A DNA stretch of 64,000 bases. Source: Watersipora subatra (Eukaryota). Below, piece by piece: positions 23,769 through 34,840 of the stretch (within the stretch, counting starts at the first letter, position 1; every line of letters begins with the position of its first letter). The notes beneath the pieces were generated by a model. That model had not been told where the DNA came from. It worked only from the letters and a program-made list of their open reading frames with translations, and searched no databases. Location: positions 57,890,749-57,954,748 of the forward strand of contig NC_088717.1 of the NCBI RefSeq assembly GCF_963576615.1, in the 5' to 3' direction. The position numbers and the translations under genes are program-made.

Positions 23769-26700
23769 ATGGAGCTCTCTGAGTCGACAGAATGTCCTAC
23801 TCAGGAAATGGTCACGGAAAGAGCTCAGTGTACAGGCGGTCTTACTCAGGAAATGGTTGCGGAGAGAGCTCAGTTTACAGACGGTCTTACTCAGGAAATG
23901 GTCAAGGAGAGAGCTCCCTTGACAAAAGAGCCCACTCAGGAAATGGTCATAGAAAAAACTCAGTTTACAGAAGGACCAACTCATGAAATGGTCACAGAGG
24001 GAGTTCAATTGACAGAAGGTATTACTCATGAAATGGATACAGAGAAAGTTCAGTTGACAGACACTCTTACTCTTGAAAGGGTCACAGATGGCGCTCAGTT
24101 GACAACAGATGCTTATCAGCAAGTAACCATTGACAGTTTATCAAACCGTGAAGAACTCTCGCTTCAACCTAACGAAAAGCTTGCTGGTAAATGCTAGTAC
24201 ATGTGTTTGGTGAAAGCTAATATTAAAGGTTGACTTGCAACAAAATTCACATTACAGTTATTTGATATCAAAAGATTAACCATGTCTTACTCTGTTGTGT
24301 TGTAGGTGCAAAATATGTGGGAATGTGATTACAAGCTCTTAAAAGCTAAAAAACGAACAGTTAATCGCAGCCACACGAGACCGCCGTAGTTTGGATTCTC
24401 TTTCCAAAACGGATCAAATGTGGCGTAGTTGTGAGAGATGGTTTCTGTTTACACTTTCATGCAATCTTATTCGTCGAAATATTTTCACAAATATACTTCA
24501 CGCATTCAATAAAACCTTGTCTATTGTTCTTACGCGTCTATTTTATCGTCATCATAATGCTGTCACTTTTAACACTGATATCTTATGACTTACCGTAAAA
24601 ATTCATTTAATTTTTTAAACTTACCTCGAAGGAGTACATATCATTGTCTGATAATCAAGAGGAGCCTGTTGGTCACCTGTGATAATCGAAAAGTGCTGCA
24701 AAAATTATTTGCAAAGTTTTGGGTCACATGATCAGATTACGACTTAACAATTAGATCAAGCCGAAACAAAACTGTAAAGTAGCGAGCATCTATATTCGAT
24801 ACGGGGTCTTTGGTGAAACCCGAAGTGTTTGTCATAAACTAGTGCTACGATAAGTTTTATATTGAGCTTTTTATTGGCCTTTCAACTCACGTGAGAACAT
24901 CACGTGACAAAACGATAACCCAACTGTAATGAATACGTCAGATAAATAAACAGATTCCAATCTACGGCTGCTTTTAGTTTTTGAGCTTTTAAGAGCTTGT
25001 AATCACATGTCCACATATTTGGCGCCTACAACACAACAGAGTAAGACATGGTGAATCTTTTGATACCAAATAACTGTAGTGTGAATTTTGTTGCAAGTCA
25101 ACCCTTAAGTGACAAGGATAGGTTAACAGAAAAACGTCATTGGACCTATCATTGTATGCACATGATCGGGGTTGGGAAATTCATCATCCATCAATCATTC
25201 ATTGTTGAATTCCACAGAATATGCAAAAACAGCCTTTAGATCACCACTGTGCTCTTCTTTTTGTTCACATTGTCAACATGTAATATTTAACAAAATGATG
25301 GTGGTAAACTTTGTCTAAAATGTTTAAATATACTTGCTCTAGCATCTTCGGATCTACAGCTCATTGTTTGTGATAGTTTGACGATTAGATGTATAACAGA
25401 ATGAATGAAGAGTGGCGATTGGCCTTCTGTGTGTATTCTAGGTGATGGTGATCTTGAAACTGTTGAGACACCTTCCTTCTCCATATATAACCTGAGTCGA
25501 GACACCCAGCCTTATCAACTCGCTTTTGCTAGAGTTGAGTTTGAAGGGCATTTCTTAAAAGGTGCAAAGTGGTAGGTAAGGTGAATGATACTGTAAGAGC
25601 TAGGAACTTCTACTAATGTGTCTACTAGGCATAAAATTAACTGTGCTGGCAGGTCGAGGGATGGAACTCAACTTCTTAGCTGCTCTGATGACAGGAAGAT
25701 GAGAATTTTCAACCTCCCTTCTCAGTTCTACACAGGAGACTTTTCAGAGGCCATACCTGAGATGGTAGTATTACTCTGTCTTGGTATACGCTTCTCTATA
25801 GTTTTATTTTGAGTAACCACTTTTCTATCGTGCTAATCCATGGCTATTATTCCTACATTACAGAGGTCAGTGGGAGCTGTGAAAGAGGGTGGTACTATAT
25901 ATGACTACTCATGGTACCCACTCATGGACAGTTCCATGCAAGATAGTTGCTGTTTTATCACAACCTCACAGCACGCACCCATACACCTCTGGGACTCAAT
26001 TTCCTCTCAGCTTGTTTCTACATATTCTATAATCAACCACCTTGTAAGTTGTGACTAGTGACAGCAATGGGTTGTCCATGGCATATCTTAAGTTGTATTG
26101 GTTACTTCCTTAGAGTTGCTGAAATTGATGCTTGAAAGCTGCAGTGTCTTAAGTTGTCATCTGATTCACTAGTTCACTTGATTGCTAGGTGATAACTATA
26201 AATAGAATTGAAAGGTGGGAGTAGTACTAAAATAGAATGGTCCACACAGTCTTTGATGCATTATAAGTGGCTAATATGATAGTTCTATTTATCTGTTACC
26301 CTTTTATTCACCTGCTACCGCTAAGTTCATAACTTGTCACGGCCAATTGTCTGTCAGCAGATGAGTAGGCTACAACAGCCTTCTCATCTAATTTAGATAT
26401 ATAGATACGGATATATATATATATATATATATATTTAGATATATAAATATGGATATATATATATTTGGATATATAGATACAGATATATATATATTTAGAT
26501 ATATAGATACGGATATAAAAAGCTGAATAGACAAATTCATTCAATCGTTTGTGGCCAAAGGTATCAACAACCCATAATTTTGTGTCAAGCATGCACCTTC
26601 ACATGCTAGGAATAGGTTACATATGCCTTGCTAAACAGACAGGACAGAACATCCGTTGCTTGTGTACAAACACGGCTCTTTTACCTTCTTCAGGGTATTT

Positions 26701-29023
26701 AGCCATTTTCAAAGTGAATACTTAGTGTAAAATCTCAAAATCTTTCTAATTATGAATTAATACCATGACTGGTTATGCTATGTCTTCCCCCTGTCTTAAA
26801 CATGAGTATCTGCCTATCTGGATTATTACGCATGAGTGTAAATAACTAGTAATGACTTCTTGTCTTCTTAACATAGTTGCGTAGAAACATTTTTAATTGT
26901 GTCATCAAAGATAGCAACTATTAAAATCATGCTTTCAATGTCGGTCCTGCAGTTTCATTAAAGCAGCCACACTACTCAATTTGCATAGCGTAATTATTTA
27001 GTTTGTATAGTAGCGTTTAACATGATACAAGTTATACAACTTAAAAGTATACAAATTATATAATGTACATATAATGTCCAACATACAGTAAAACTGTTTA
27101 ATAAATGATTTTTTCTTAATAACAAGATCTATGTTGTTACAGAGAATGGACTACTCATAGAGGTATTTCTAGGCTTCTTTTTTCATAGAGTTATTAAACA
27201 TGAATACTCACCTACATTGTATAAATCTATAAAGGATGAGATAGATGTCGCCTACAGCCTTTCTTTCTCACCGGATGGCTGCCTCATCTATGCTGGCTCA
27301 ACCAAACAAATCAGCGTATTTGATGTCAGCCAGCCTGGTCGGCAGATTGAGAATGTGAAGACGCATAAGCGTCGGAGCACAGGACAGATTGGCATCATTT
27401 CCTGTTTCGATTTTCTACCAGCTGAACAGCTGTTTGCCGCCGGGAGCTATTCCAAATCTGGTTGGTCACTTTTTTAGATTTGCTTCCAGAAAGTGGCATA
27501 GCCTAAAATTGCCATCTGATTTACTATTTGAATGATTTGTAACTTGCAATGTTTACCTTTGGAGTTGGCCAATAGAATTCAATGTGAAACAGTCGATGGT
27601 AATACAGTCAAACCTTAATTTATGATCATCTCTAAATGTGGACTTGTCAACATACAATGTAAAATTTGAGCAAATATCCGCCTTTACATGAGAAGTGATT
27701 TTTAACATACGACTGTTGAAGTTTTTCGAAACATAGTATTTTTATAAATCAGTACATTCTATTTCATAGAGTTTACTTTTACATTCGTAAATCAGTAGAT
27801 ACAATGTATATCGGCAGTTTCTTTCACATCCATACAGGTTGGTTCTTCGTCAAATAACATTGACATTTCCTTCATATCTTCATGTTATAGTTGTAAAGTG
27901 ATCCCGAGGGGACTAGTGAGCGAGGTAGTTAGTAGCATTAGGTAGTTAGTAGCATTAGGTAGTTAGTAGCATTAGGTAGTTAGTAGCATTAGGTAGTTAG
28001 TAGCATTAGGTAGTTAGTAGCATTAGGTAGTTAGTAGCATTAGGTAGTTAGTAGCATTAGGTAGTTAGTAGCATTAGGTAGTTAGTTGCAAATTGGTAGT
28101 TGGAAGCGAAACAACAAATAATAAAGTCACATGGGCATCTTTCTATAATTTCTCTAAAAATCACTAGTAATTCTTTTAAACAGTCTGTTAAATTTTGTGA
28201 TGCAGAAGGTGGCAGCATTGCCGAGAACAATCCTAAAATGAATAACATAGAACAGCTACCTGTGATACTTGAAGATAAAATGTAAAAATTGTTTGATTTA
28301 GTCCGAGTTGGACAATCTCTGTATTTCTACTAGTATCTTTACCTACGCACTATACTTCTACTGTATTACCACGGTTACACCTCAACAATATGGCCAAGTT
28401 TTCAATAATTATACAAAGTGAACATAAAAAGCTTATTTTTATTCACGGTTACTTTATTTCTTTAGTTTGTACTTACAAATGTAGTTATATAATTCTATTA
28501 TGAATCATCTATGTACTGTACCTATAATTACTGGAGGTAATTTTCATCAAGTTTTTGAGCTGTGAATGAAATGAAATTCAACGTATTATTGTATGAATAT
28601 TTTTCCAGCACATGAAATTTTAACATATGAAGCAAAATCAGCACTTACCAACCTTGTATGTCTGACTGTAAAAGATTGTTGATCAGATATTTTTTAGTTA
28701 GTTATCAATGAACATAGATATCTGCAATGGAAATAATAACTAAACAATTGGTATTTCATTATTGACCAGTTGTCTGCTACAAGTTACTTTGACTTACTAC
28801 TTGGATTACTGGTGGCTATCACGATTCATGAGTGCAGATGATGCAACTCTGTATATTGTTTAGGTATCAGACTTTTGTAGCAGGTGGTGAGAGTGCAAAA
28901 TTACTCACAAAGCTGCTCAATGTAGGCCTTCCTTTAGTAGTAGTGACTATTTTCTAGTTCACAAGCGGCTATCTCAGGGTATAATAACTTGGTTTTACAT
29001 GTTGTATATATGTGTGTAGATAT

Positions 29024-29054
<31 letters not shown>

Positions 29055-29411
29055 CATATATGTATACACATATATATATATGTTATTGGGCGCAATGACA
29101 CCGGCGCATAAAATATGGCTTGCCCAGATACCGACAGCAATCAACTCAGGTGAGTTGCAGAAAAGTGCGCTATTGGGAACAGCTTAGATCTTGAGGCGAG
29201 TGCTCAAACTACCAGGTCTCTGGTAGGAGACTCGAGTTAGACCAGAAATTACCACCCATATGGGTTAACCGGGATGAGGAAACAATATACGCAAACGGTA
29301 TATATATATATACATGTATCTGTATATGCTGCCTTGTTCTTACACTATATTAAGAATGTATATATATATGGCTCCATACTTTCACACATGGTTGTATATA
29401 TATGTGTGTGC

Positions 29412-29451
<40 letters not shown>

Positions 29452-30919
29452 CTCAAAGTCCATCTGAAAGTCCGTCTGTTGGAAGTCCGGCTATAGCTAT
29501 TATTAGAACAGCTGAGCTGGACAACAATACAGACTCAAAGTCATGGCTTACCGTCATTGGAAGCCTAACCTTATTAACTAGCTTAGTGGAGTTTTCCATT
29601 GGCTATATGCCAGGCTACTAGCTTGAAAGGTACAGTTGTTTGAGAAAGTTTTAAGACCTTTACAGTTGTTTTTATTTTTCTCTCAATTTATTTCAACTAC
29701 ACGACACACTTCTATCATGGTATGTACTTTGAAAGTTATAATGGCAAATGTTGTTATATGTTAAATACAAATCAATTTTCTGTCCTAAGACTGTTCTATT
29801 ACACGGGCAACGCCAGGTGGCACAGCTAGTATATATATATATATTGCAATTGCACATATTGCAATTGCAATTATAACGCGATTGCATGAAACTATTAGTA
29901 GTATGATTTTAACCTGTAGTTTTTAATAAACTTCATACACAGCTCTAATTGACTCGATTATTGAGCACTTTACTTTACAGTGTAAACCACATATACTATA
30001 TATATATATATATATGCATACTGCCTTGTTTTTATACTCCTGAATTTGTATCCTAGTAGTGTTATACTGACTATTACAGCGTAGTGAGTGTACACCTTTG
30101 TATAAAAGGATGTTGCAGGCTGCGTACAGCCTGCAACATGCGCATAGATGAAGATAAACTACCAAAATATCCCTTAGTATGTTCTTGTTTGAACTTTAAG
30201 GCCTTGCAAGGGTTTTGACATGTTACCCTCAGCACTGAAGTCTGTATTGCGCCACACCTTGATAAACTTGCCACTGCTTGTTATGCTGTTGCGTTGGCCG
30301 AGTCATACAATTATGTTCACCTCGTTTTTCCAAACATTTGCTAGTTGGTGTCTATGATCAGAGGAACAATGAAGCTAGCATGATACTAGAGGGCCACACC
30401 GGGGGTGTCACACAAATAAAGTTCTCTGCCGATGGTAACTGTCTCTACAGCGGAGCACGCAAGGTAGCTCTTTAAAACCTCCCGCTATAAAATCTTGCTT
30501 CTCATGAAAGCTGTTTTTATCATCTACAGTGAACAAACGCATAAGGGATTAGACATCGGTCTTGTTCTAGGACGGAGAGTTACTAGTGTGGGACATGCGC
30601 TCTCCTGGCCAGATATTGGCTATCTTAGAAAGGGATGTGCGGACTAACCAGAGAATCTACTTTGACCTTGACCCCTCCGCGAGGTATGAGTGATCTAAAG
30701 CTGGATGTTACAGTATAGCTACCAATTAGGCTTGCCTTAGTATTGTATTTGACCTTTATAGTGCTGCTGTTGTCACTATCCAGGTATATGTGCAGTGGTA
30801 ACCACAATGGAACAGTCAATATATGGGACTTGGCTGAGATTGACTGCAGCACCAGTGAGTCTGAACAACAGATTGAGTGCAAGTTAAACTTCACTGCCAG
30901 CTCTGATTGTGTCAACTCT
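23769..30919 (+). CDS. WRAP53: WRAP53/TCAB1 (telomerase Cajal-body protein 1, WD40) ortholog. Exons are at 23769-24186, 25442-25573, 25629-25758, 25864-26043, 27235-27460, 30345-30463, 30571-30683 and 30784-30919. The last exon or exons are unresolved.
   Basis: The spliced product aligns to human TCAB1. [43 protein letters not shown] matches [49 protein letters not shown]...APIHLWD matches GDTIYDYCWYSLMSS...[17 protein letters not shown]...[11 protein letters not shown]...[23 protein letters not shown] matches AHSLCFSPDG...VRVFSTARPGR...[62 protein letters not shown]...[12 protein letters not shown] matches [38 protein letters not shown]...[12 protein letters not shown]. All junctions have a GT donor and an AG acceptor with consistent phases. 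Exon 1 is acidic with a 33-bp (11-aa) tandem repeat, and assigning it to this gene rests only on phase and donor compatibility. Confidence 0.8.
23790..24090. repeat. Coding minisatellite with a 33-bp unit (about 9 copies), encoding LTQEMV.ERAQ.T.G repeats in WRAP53 exon 1.
   Basis: Tandem copies of ctcaggaaatggtcacggaaagagctcagtgtacaggcggtctta variants are visible. ORFs open on both strands because of the periodicity. Confidence 0.85.
24213..25103. mobile_element. Foldback/MITE-like element made of two inverted arms of about 170 bp (24213-24385 and 24925-25103) around a 540-bp core. It lies in WRAP53 intron 1.
   Basis: The reverse complement of the right arm is about 90% identical to the left arm (GGTTGACTTGCAACAAAATTCACA.TACAGTTATTTG.TATCAAAAGATT.ACCATG...GTGATTACAAGCTCTTAAAAGCT). 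The arm starts sit next to TTAA(A/G)GG. A third arm copy is at 62845-63010. Confidence 0.7.
26390..26520. repeat. Compound microsatellite ((TA)n and (ATATAGATACGG)-like units).
   Basis: Read directly in the sequence. Confidence 0.9.
27925..28084. repeat. Minisatellite with a 17-bp unit (gtagttagtagcattag) in about 10 copies, in a WRAP53 intron.
   Basis: Perfect tandem copies are visible. Confidence 0.95.
29086..29290 (+). mobile_element. SINE/MITE-like dispersed repeat, copy 1. It is flanked by TA/TATG microsatellites (28990-29085 and 29290-29460).
   Basis: It is about 88% identical over roughly 200 bp to 44880-45095 (GGCGCAATAACACC.GCGCATAAAAT.TGGCTTGCCCAGATACC...GGTCTCTGGTAGGAGAC.CGAGTTAGA.CAGAAATTACCACCCATAT). 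It contains the internal hairpin GGTCTC..GAGACC. Confidence 0.6.
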
Positions 30920-31139
30920 GTATGGTCAGTTGTTCCCATATTCTCCTAACTCGTTTTCCTGATATAGACTTACGTATCTTTTAAACTCTGAAATTGTAGT
31001 TTCATGGGATTGTTTCACCTTTTAACACGAGGAGGCAATTCCATGTTGCATTGCAAAGCAGCTTTTGATAATGAAATCTGCTATAGTCATGACTTACAAC
31101 CCCCTATTCTATGCATTTGAGCAAAACCTATTTTTTATT

Positions 31140-31309
31140 ATAGCTATCAGATAATTAGTTTTGTTACTAGGTTTATTATATAGGTGAACTGTGTTGTTAC
31201 TAGGTCTATTATATAGGTGAACTGTGTTTTTACTAGCTGTATTATATAGGTGAACTGTGTTGTTACTAGCTGTATTATATAGGTGAACTGTGTTGTTACT
31301 AGGTCTATT
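31140..31309. repeat. Minisatellite with a 34-35-bp unit (tattatataggtgaactgtgttgttactaggtc). This is the left half of an array that a transposon has split.
   Basis: Five tandem units are visible. The same unit resumes at 34231-34462 in the same orientation. Confidence 0.9.
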
Positions 31310-34230
31310 CTGCCCATGTCTGGCAAAACACTGTATCTCAAAAATTTTCAATTTTCACTTTTTTACATATTTCACATCTAAATAGTGTTCCCTGTCTTGT
31401 CCTAAAATATTTTGGCTCAAAAATCATTCATTAGCGTAGTTTCAACCCTGGTGAAACAATACATCACCGTTGCGTCAAGACGTTATGTCTGACAAAACAA
31501 TGCATCTTAACGCACTCACTATGATTGTGTTAACTGCTTTCAGTTAGAAGTATCATGTTAGGGACTGATAAGATTACCCATACTGGTTCGATACAAAATT
31601 CCAGACACCAATCCTGGTGATGAAGAGATTTTTAGGTGTCAATTTGAAGCTTGTTAGAAACACACAATACTAATATTTAATGTTTTTCTCTACTACGTCA
31701 GTTAGTAAATGTGACTCGAGTAGTCAACTACACAGCTTCATGAGCATGGCATATTCAAATATATCTGTAAACCACAAACGATCTTTGAGTGATACAGCCC
31801 AAAGTGGTGTCTCTTCCGCTGATGGTAAGTTTACTCAAATTACACTGCGAGGGTTTTTCTTACTATTATTTAAAGTCTACCATACGTACAATTAAGTTGA
31901 ATCTTTTTACTTCAGCTGATTATATGTTGGCTTGTGTTACAGCAGCCGAATCTCAAGATGCAAATTCAACTAAGAAAATCCGTTCCGAACAAGACAAATA
32001 TGAACGAAACATCCGAAAATACCCACTCCGACCTCCCTGTGCTTGTAAAGACAAATGCTGTGAAAAACTAAATCCGCGGGGCCGCATTGCAGTGTGGATG
32101 GAATTTAGGAAAAATGCTACAATGACCGAAAAGGAGTGTTGTGGAGCTTGCTAGATCGTCAACCTACAAAAGGTTCGGGTACCTCCAGATCTTGGTATGT
32201 GAAGTACAACCTAATAGCCGACGATGGAAGTAAAGTCCAAGTTTGGGAAGCTTTTTTCTTAGCTACTTTCGGTTACCCTACATCCAGCTCTGTCATACAA
32301 GAGCTCCTAAAATCAGATCCATACCTGTTGGCCCCAACACCCGACAAGCGAGGCAAGACCACTCCTCACCATGCTTTGACTGATAGCGATGTTGAGCGCA
32401 TAAAATCACATATACGGTCATACAATCCTTGCATATCGCACTACCGTCGATCACATGCACCAAATAGGTTGTATCTGCCTAATGAACTAACAGAGAAAGA
32501 AATGCATTCAAATTTCATTCAACGCTATCCACGCTACCAATGTTCGTACGAAACATATTGTCGACATATACGGAAGCTCAACATCTCATTTGTGAAATTA
32601 GGAGAGGAGCAATGTGAGTTGTGCCTGGAATTGGATGTTGGGATACATGACACCGACAAGAGCACCGGTATCTGTAGAACTGACTGTAGCTTGTGCGAGA
32701 GAAAAGCCAAACATAAGGCAGAATACACACTGGCCAGGAGTGAATACGAAAATGAGATTAGTAAATTAAAGGAAGGCAAAATCGTTCGAAGCATTGACTT
32801 ACAAAAGGTCATAATGCTGCCAAGATTGCCAGGTGTTAAAACGGTTTGCGTCACAAAACGCATCATTGCTTTCAATGAAACGTTTGCACCAGTGAAAGCA
32901 TATTTGTCCAGAGCCAAAAACATTTGTATTGTCTGGCATGAAGGTCTGGCTGAACGAAGATGTGAAGAGATAACATCTATGTACATGAAAGCACTGGAAG
33001 TCGATCGAGATTATGATGATATTGTTTATTTTATGGACAATTGTGCGGCGCAGAACAAAAATTGGAATTTAATAACTGCGATGGTAAGTCTTATGAATTC
33101 TGGAAAGATGCAAGCTGACACAGTCACCTTCAAGTACCTTGAGGCTGGGCACACCTTCATGTCAGCAGACACAGTGCATGCTGGTGTAGAAAGAGAAATG
33201 AAGGCAATGAAAAATTTATACGACTTTAATGACTTCATAGAGTGTGCGAGCAGGGTTTCGAAAACATCAGTGCTGGTTCCTGTCAATGAAGATTTTCGTC
33301 GCTTTGTCGGAGGACAAAGTCAAGCAAAGCTAAGTAAAGATTGTCCCCGCCTAGCTGAATGCAGAGTGATTCAGTTTCGAAAGAACAGCTCATCAGTTTG
33401 GCTCAAGAAATCGCACGATCAATCTCAGTTTCAAGAGTTGGATTTCTTGAAAAAAAAGCACAGTCTAACTGACGAACCACTAATGATGAGAGAGAGGCCA
33501 AGGGGCATTACTGATGAGAAGAAAACTGACATTGTTGCGAAACTCTGCCTACTGATGCCAATGAATAGACATAGATTTTGGTCCTACCTTAATGCTTCAG
33601 ATGTACCCGATCTTATCTCACAGGATGACTAATTGCTGACACACCGTGATCTACATGCATTAGATGATTGTTGAAAACATAGTTTAAAAAAGTGCACAAC
33701 GTGGCATGACAAGCTGTAGATTTTGTACCACATTGTACAACAAACTGCAGAACTAGAATTGCAAGTTATTTTTTGTGTTATATTATTATTTTTATTACAA
33801 GTTATTTCATGTTACATCGCAATTGCTGAAAAGAAACAGTTGTTCCTGAATTCGGTCTGTAGTAAGCTGTATCAAACCATTAAATGTAAATATAAAGTGT
33901 TGTGTCAGTTATGTTCATCATCTAATAAATAGCTAATTGTCTGGAGAAACACTGCATCAGAGTGATGCGTTGTTATGTCAGGCAATGGGGATAAAGTACA
34001 GCAATTAGTGATTGTCGGGCAAAACACTTTATCATTATTTTTTTGCAAAAAAAGAGTTTGAACAAAAATTTAAGAATGCTCAGTGAGTAGAGTGCACTTT
34101 TCTGGATAGAATGGTATATAACTTTACTAGGCTCGAGCAACCGTAGGCCGTGGCTGATGCTAAACACGTTTTGCTCATTTACCGAAAGTTTGCAATTTAT
34201 GAGATACAGTGTTTTGTCAGACATGGGCAG
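31310..34230 (+). mobile_element. Unclassified TIR DNA transposon, 2921 bp, with 30-bp terminal inverted repeats and an apparent 4-bp TATT target-site duplication. It inserted into a minisatellite.
   Basis: The left end is CTGCCCATGTCTGGCAAAACACTGTATCTCA. The reverse complement of the right end is CTGCCCATGTCTGACAAAACACTGTATCTCA, with one mismatch. The flanks ggtcTATT|...|TATTatatagg rebuild an uninterrupted minisatellite unit. It encodes one large transposase-like ORF. Confidence 0.8.
31740..33632 (+). CDS. Putative transposase of the 31310-34230 element, probably DDE-type. Exon 1 is about 31740-31824, followed by a GT-AG intron, and exon 2 is 31916 to about 32154. The main ORF at 32136-33632 is in a different frame, so there is one frameshift or an unrecognised splice.
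   Basis: Exon 1 (MSMAYSNISVNHKRSLSDTAQSGVSSAD) ends at donor gtaagt and exon 2 starts at acceptor ttacttcag. The N-terminal C-x-C-x3-C-C cluster is PPCACKDKCCEKL. The main ORF has a second cluster CELCLELDVGIHDTDKSTGICRTDCSLCERKAKH. The candidate catalytic residues are D (RSIDLQKV), then D about 80 aa later (YFMDNCAAQNKNWN), then E 34 residues after that (FKYLEAGHTF). The D-x5-NK spacing is reminiscent of the IS1595/Merlin DDNK signature, and the DD34E spacing is reminiscent of Tc1. Neither assignment is confirmed. Confidence 0.55.
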
Positions 34231-34462
34231 TATTATATAGGTGAACTATGTTGTTACTTGGTTTATTATATAGGTGAACTATGTTGTTACTAGGTTTATT
34301 ATATAGGTGAACTCTGCTGTTACTAGGTTTATTATATAGGTGAACTGTGTTGTTACTAGGTTTATTATATAGGTGAACTGTGTTGTTACTAGGTTTATTA
34401 TATAGGTGAACTCTGTTGTTACTAGGTTTAAGATATAGGTGAACTCTGCTGTTACTAGGTTT
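34231..34462. repeat. Minisatellite with a 34-35-bp unit. This is the right half of the array split by the transposon.
   Basis: About 7 units of tattatataggtgaact(g/c)tg(t/c)tgttactaggtt are visible. Confidence 0.9.
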
Positions 34463-34840
34463 TGCAGAAAGAACTTAAATACTAGATTTAAGTATAAACA
34501 GGTTACAAGTATAAATAGATTTACTATGAATACTAGATTTAACAAATCTATTTTAGTTTTCATCCCACCCTTGCCATGCTTGCATCGTGCTCGGGTCAAA
34601 GGTCACACCATTTAAATGAAGCCGAGTCGGATGAGTCTGAAGAAGATTCAGTTTCAATACCAGATAACTCTATAAGGCTTTGGTGGCTCGGGGCATAAGT
34701 TTCACCTTTTATGCTATGAGGTGAGGCCTAAGGCTACATTGAGTGAGGCCCAAGGCTGTATTGCGTGAGGCTCATCTATAAAGTCTACCAGCATTTAGAA
34801 AGGCTGGTATTGCACAAGTTTTACTAGCTATGCTTAGACA

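Noticed and set aside
23685-24122. 145-aa minus-strand ORF antisense to WRAP53 exon 1.
   Set aside because: It is an artefact of the 33-bp tandem repeat periodicity, which keeps frames open on both strands.
24303-24380. Acceptor-like ttgtag followed by an open frame ([18 protein letters not shown]...) as a possible WRAP53 exon 2.
   Set aside because: The same sequence recurs inverted at about 25030 and again at about 62920. It is therefore part of the foldback/MITE arm and not a conserved exon, and the exon at 25442 links to exon 1 in the correct phase without it.
27925-28084. Regular short tandem repeats, here and elsewhere (31140-31309, 39172-39740, 54945-56090), considered as CRISPR-like arrays.
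   Set aside because: The units are contiguous with no unique spacers, the context is eukaryotic (spliced genes, LINEs), and there are no cas-like ORFs. They are minisatellites.
30996-31065. Possible terminal WRAP53 exon (ttgtag|TTTCATGGGATTGTTTCACC..., FHGIVSPFNTRRQF...).
   Set aside because: Its phase is compatible, but it is only weakly similar to the vertebrate C-terminal blade (SLHPSLPLLATASGQR). I could not distinguish it from chance, so I left the 3' end unresolved.
32100-32160. Attempt to bridge the two transposase frames at 31789-32154 and 32136-33632 with a second small intron.
   Set aside because: The candidate GT...AG pairs in this interval give introns under 25 nt. A frameshift in this copy is the simpler reading.
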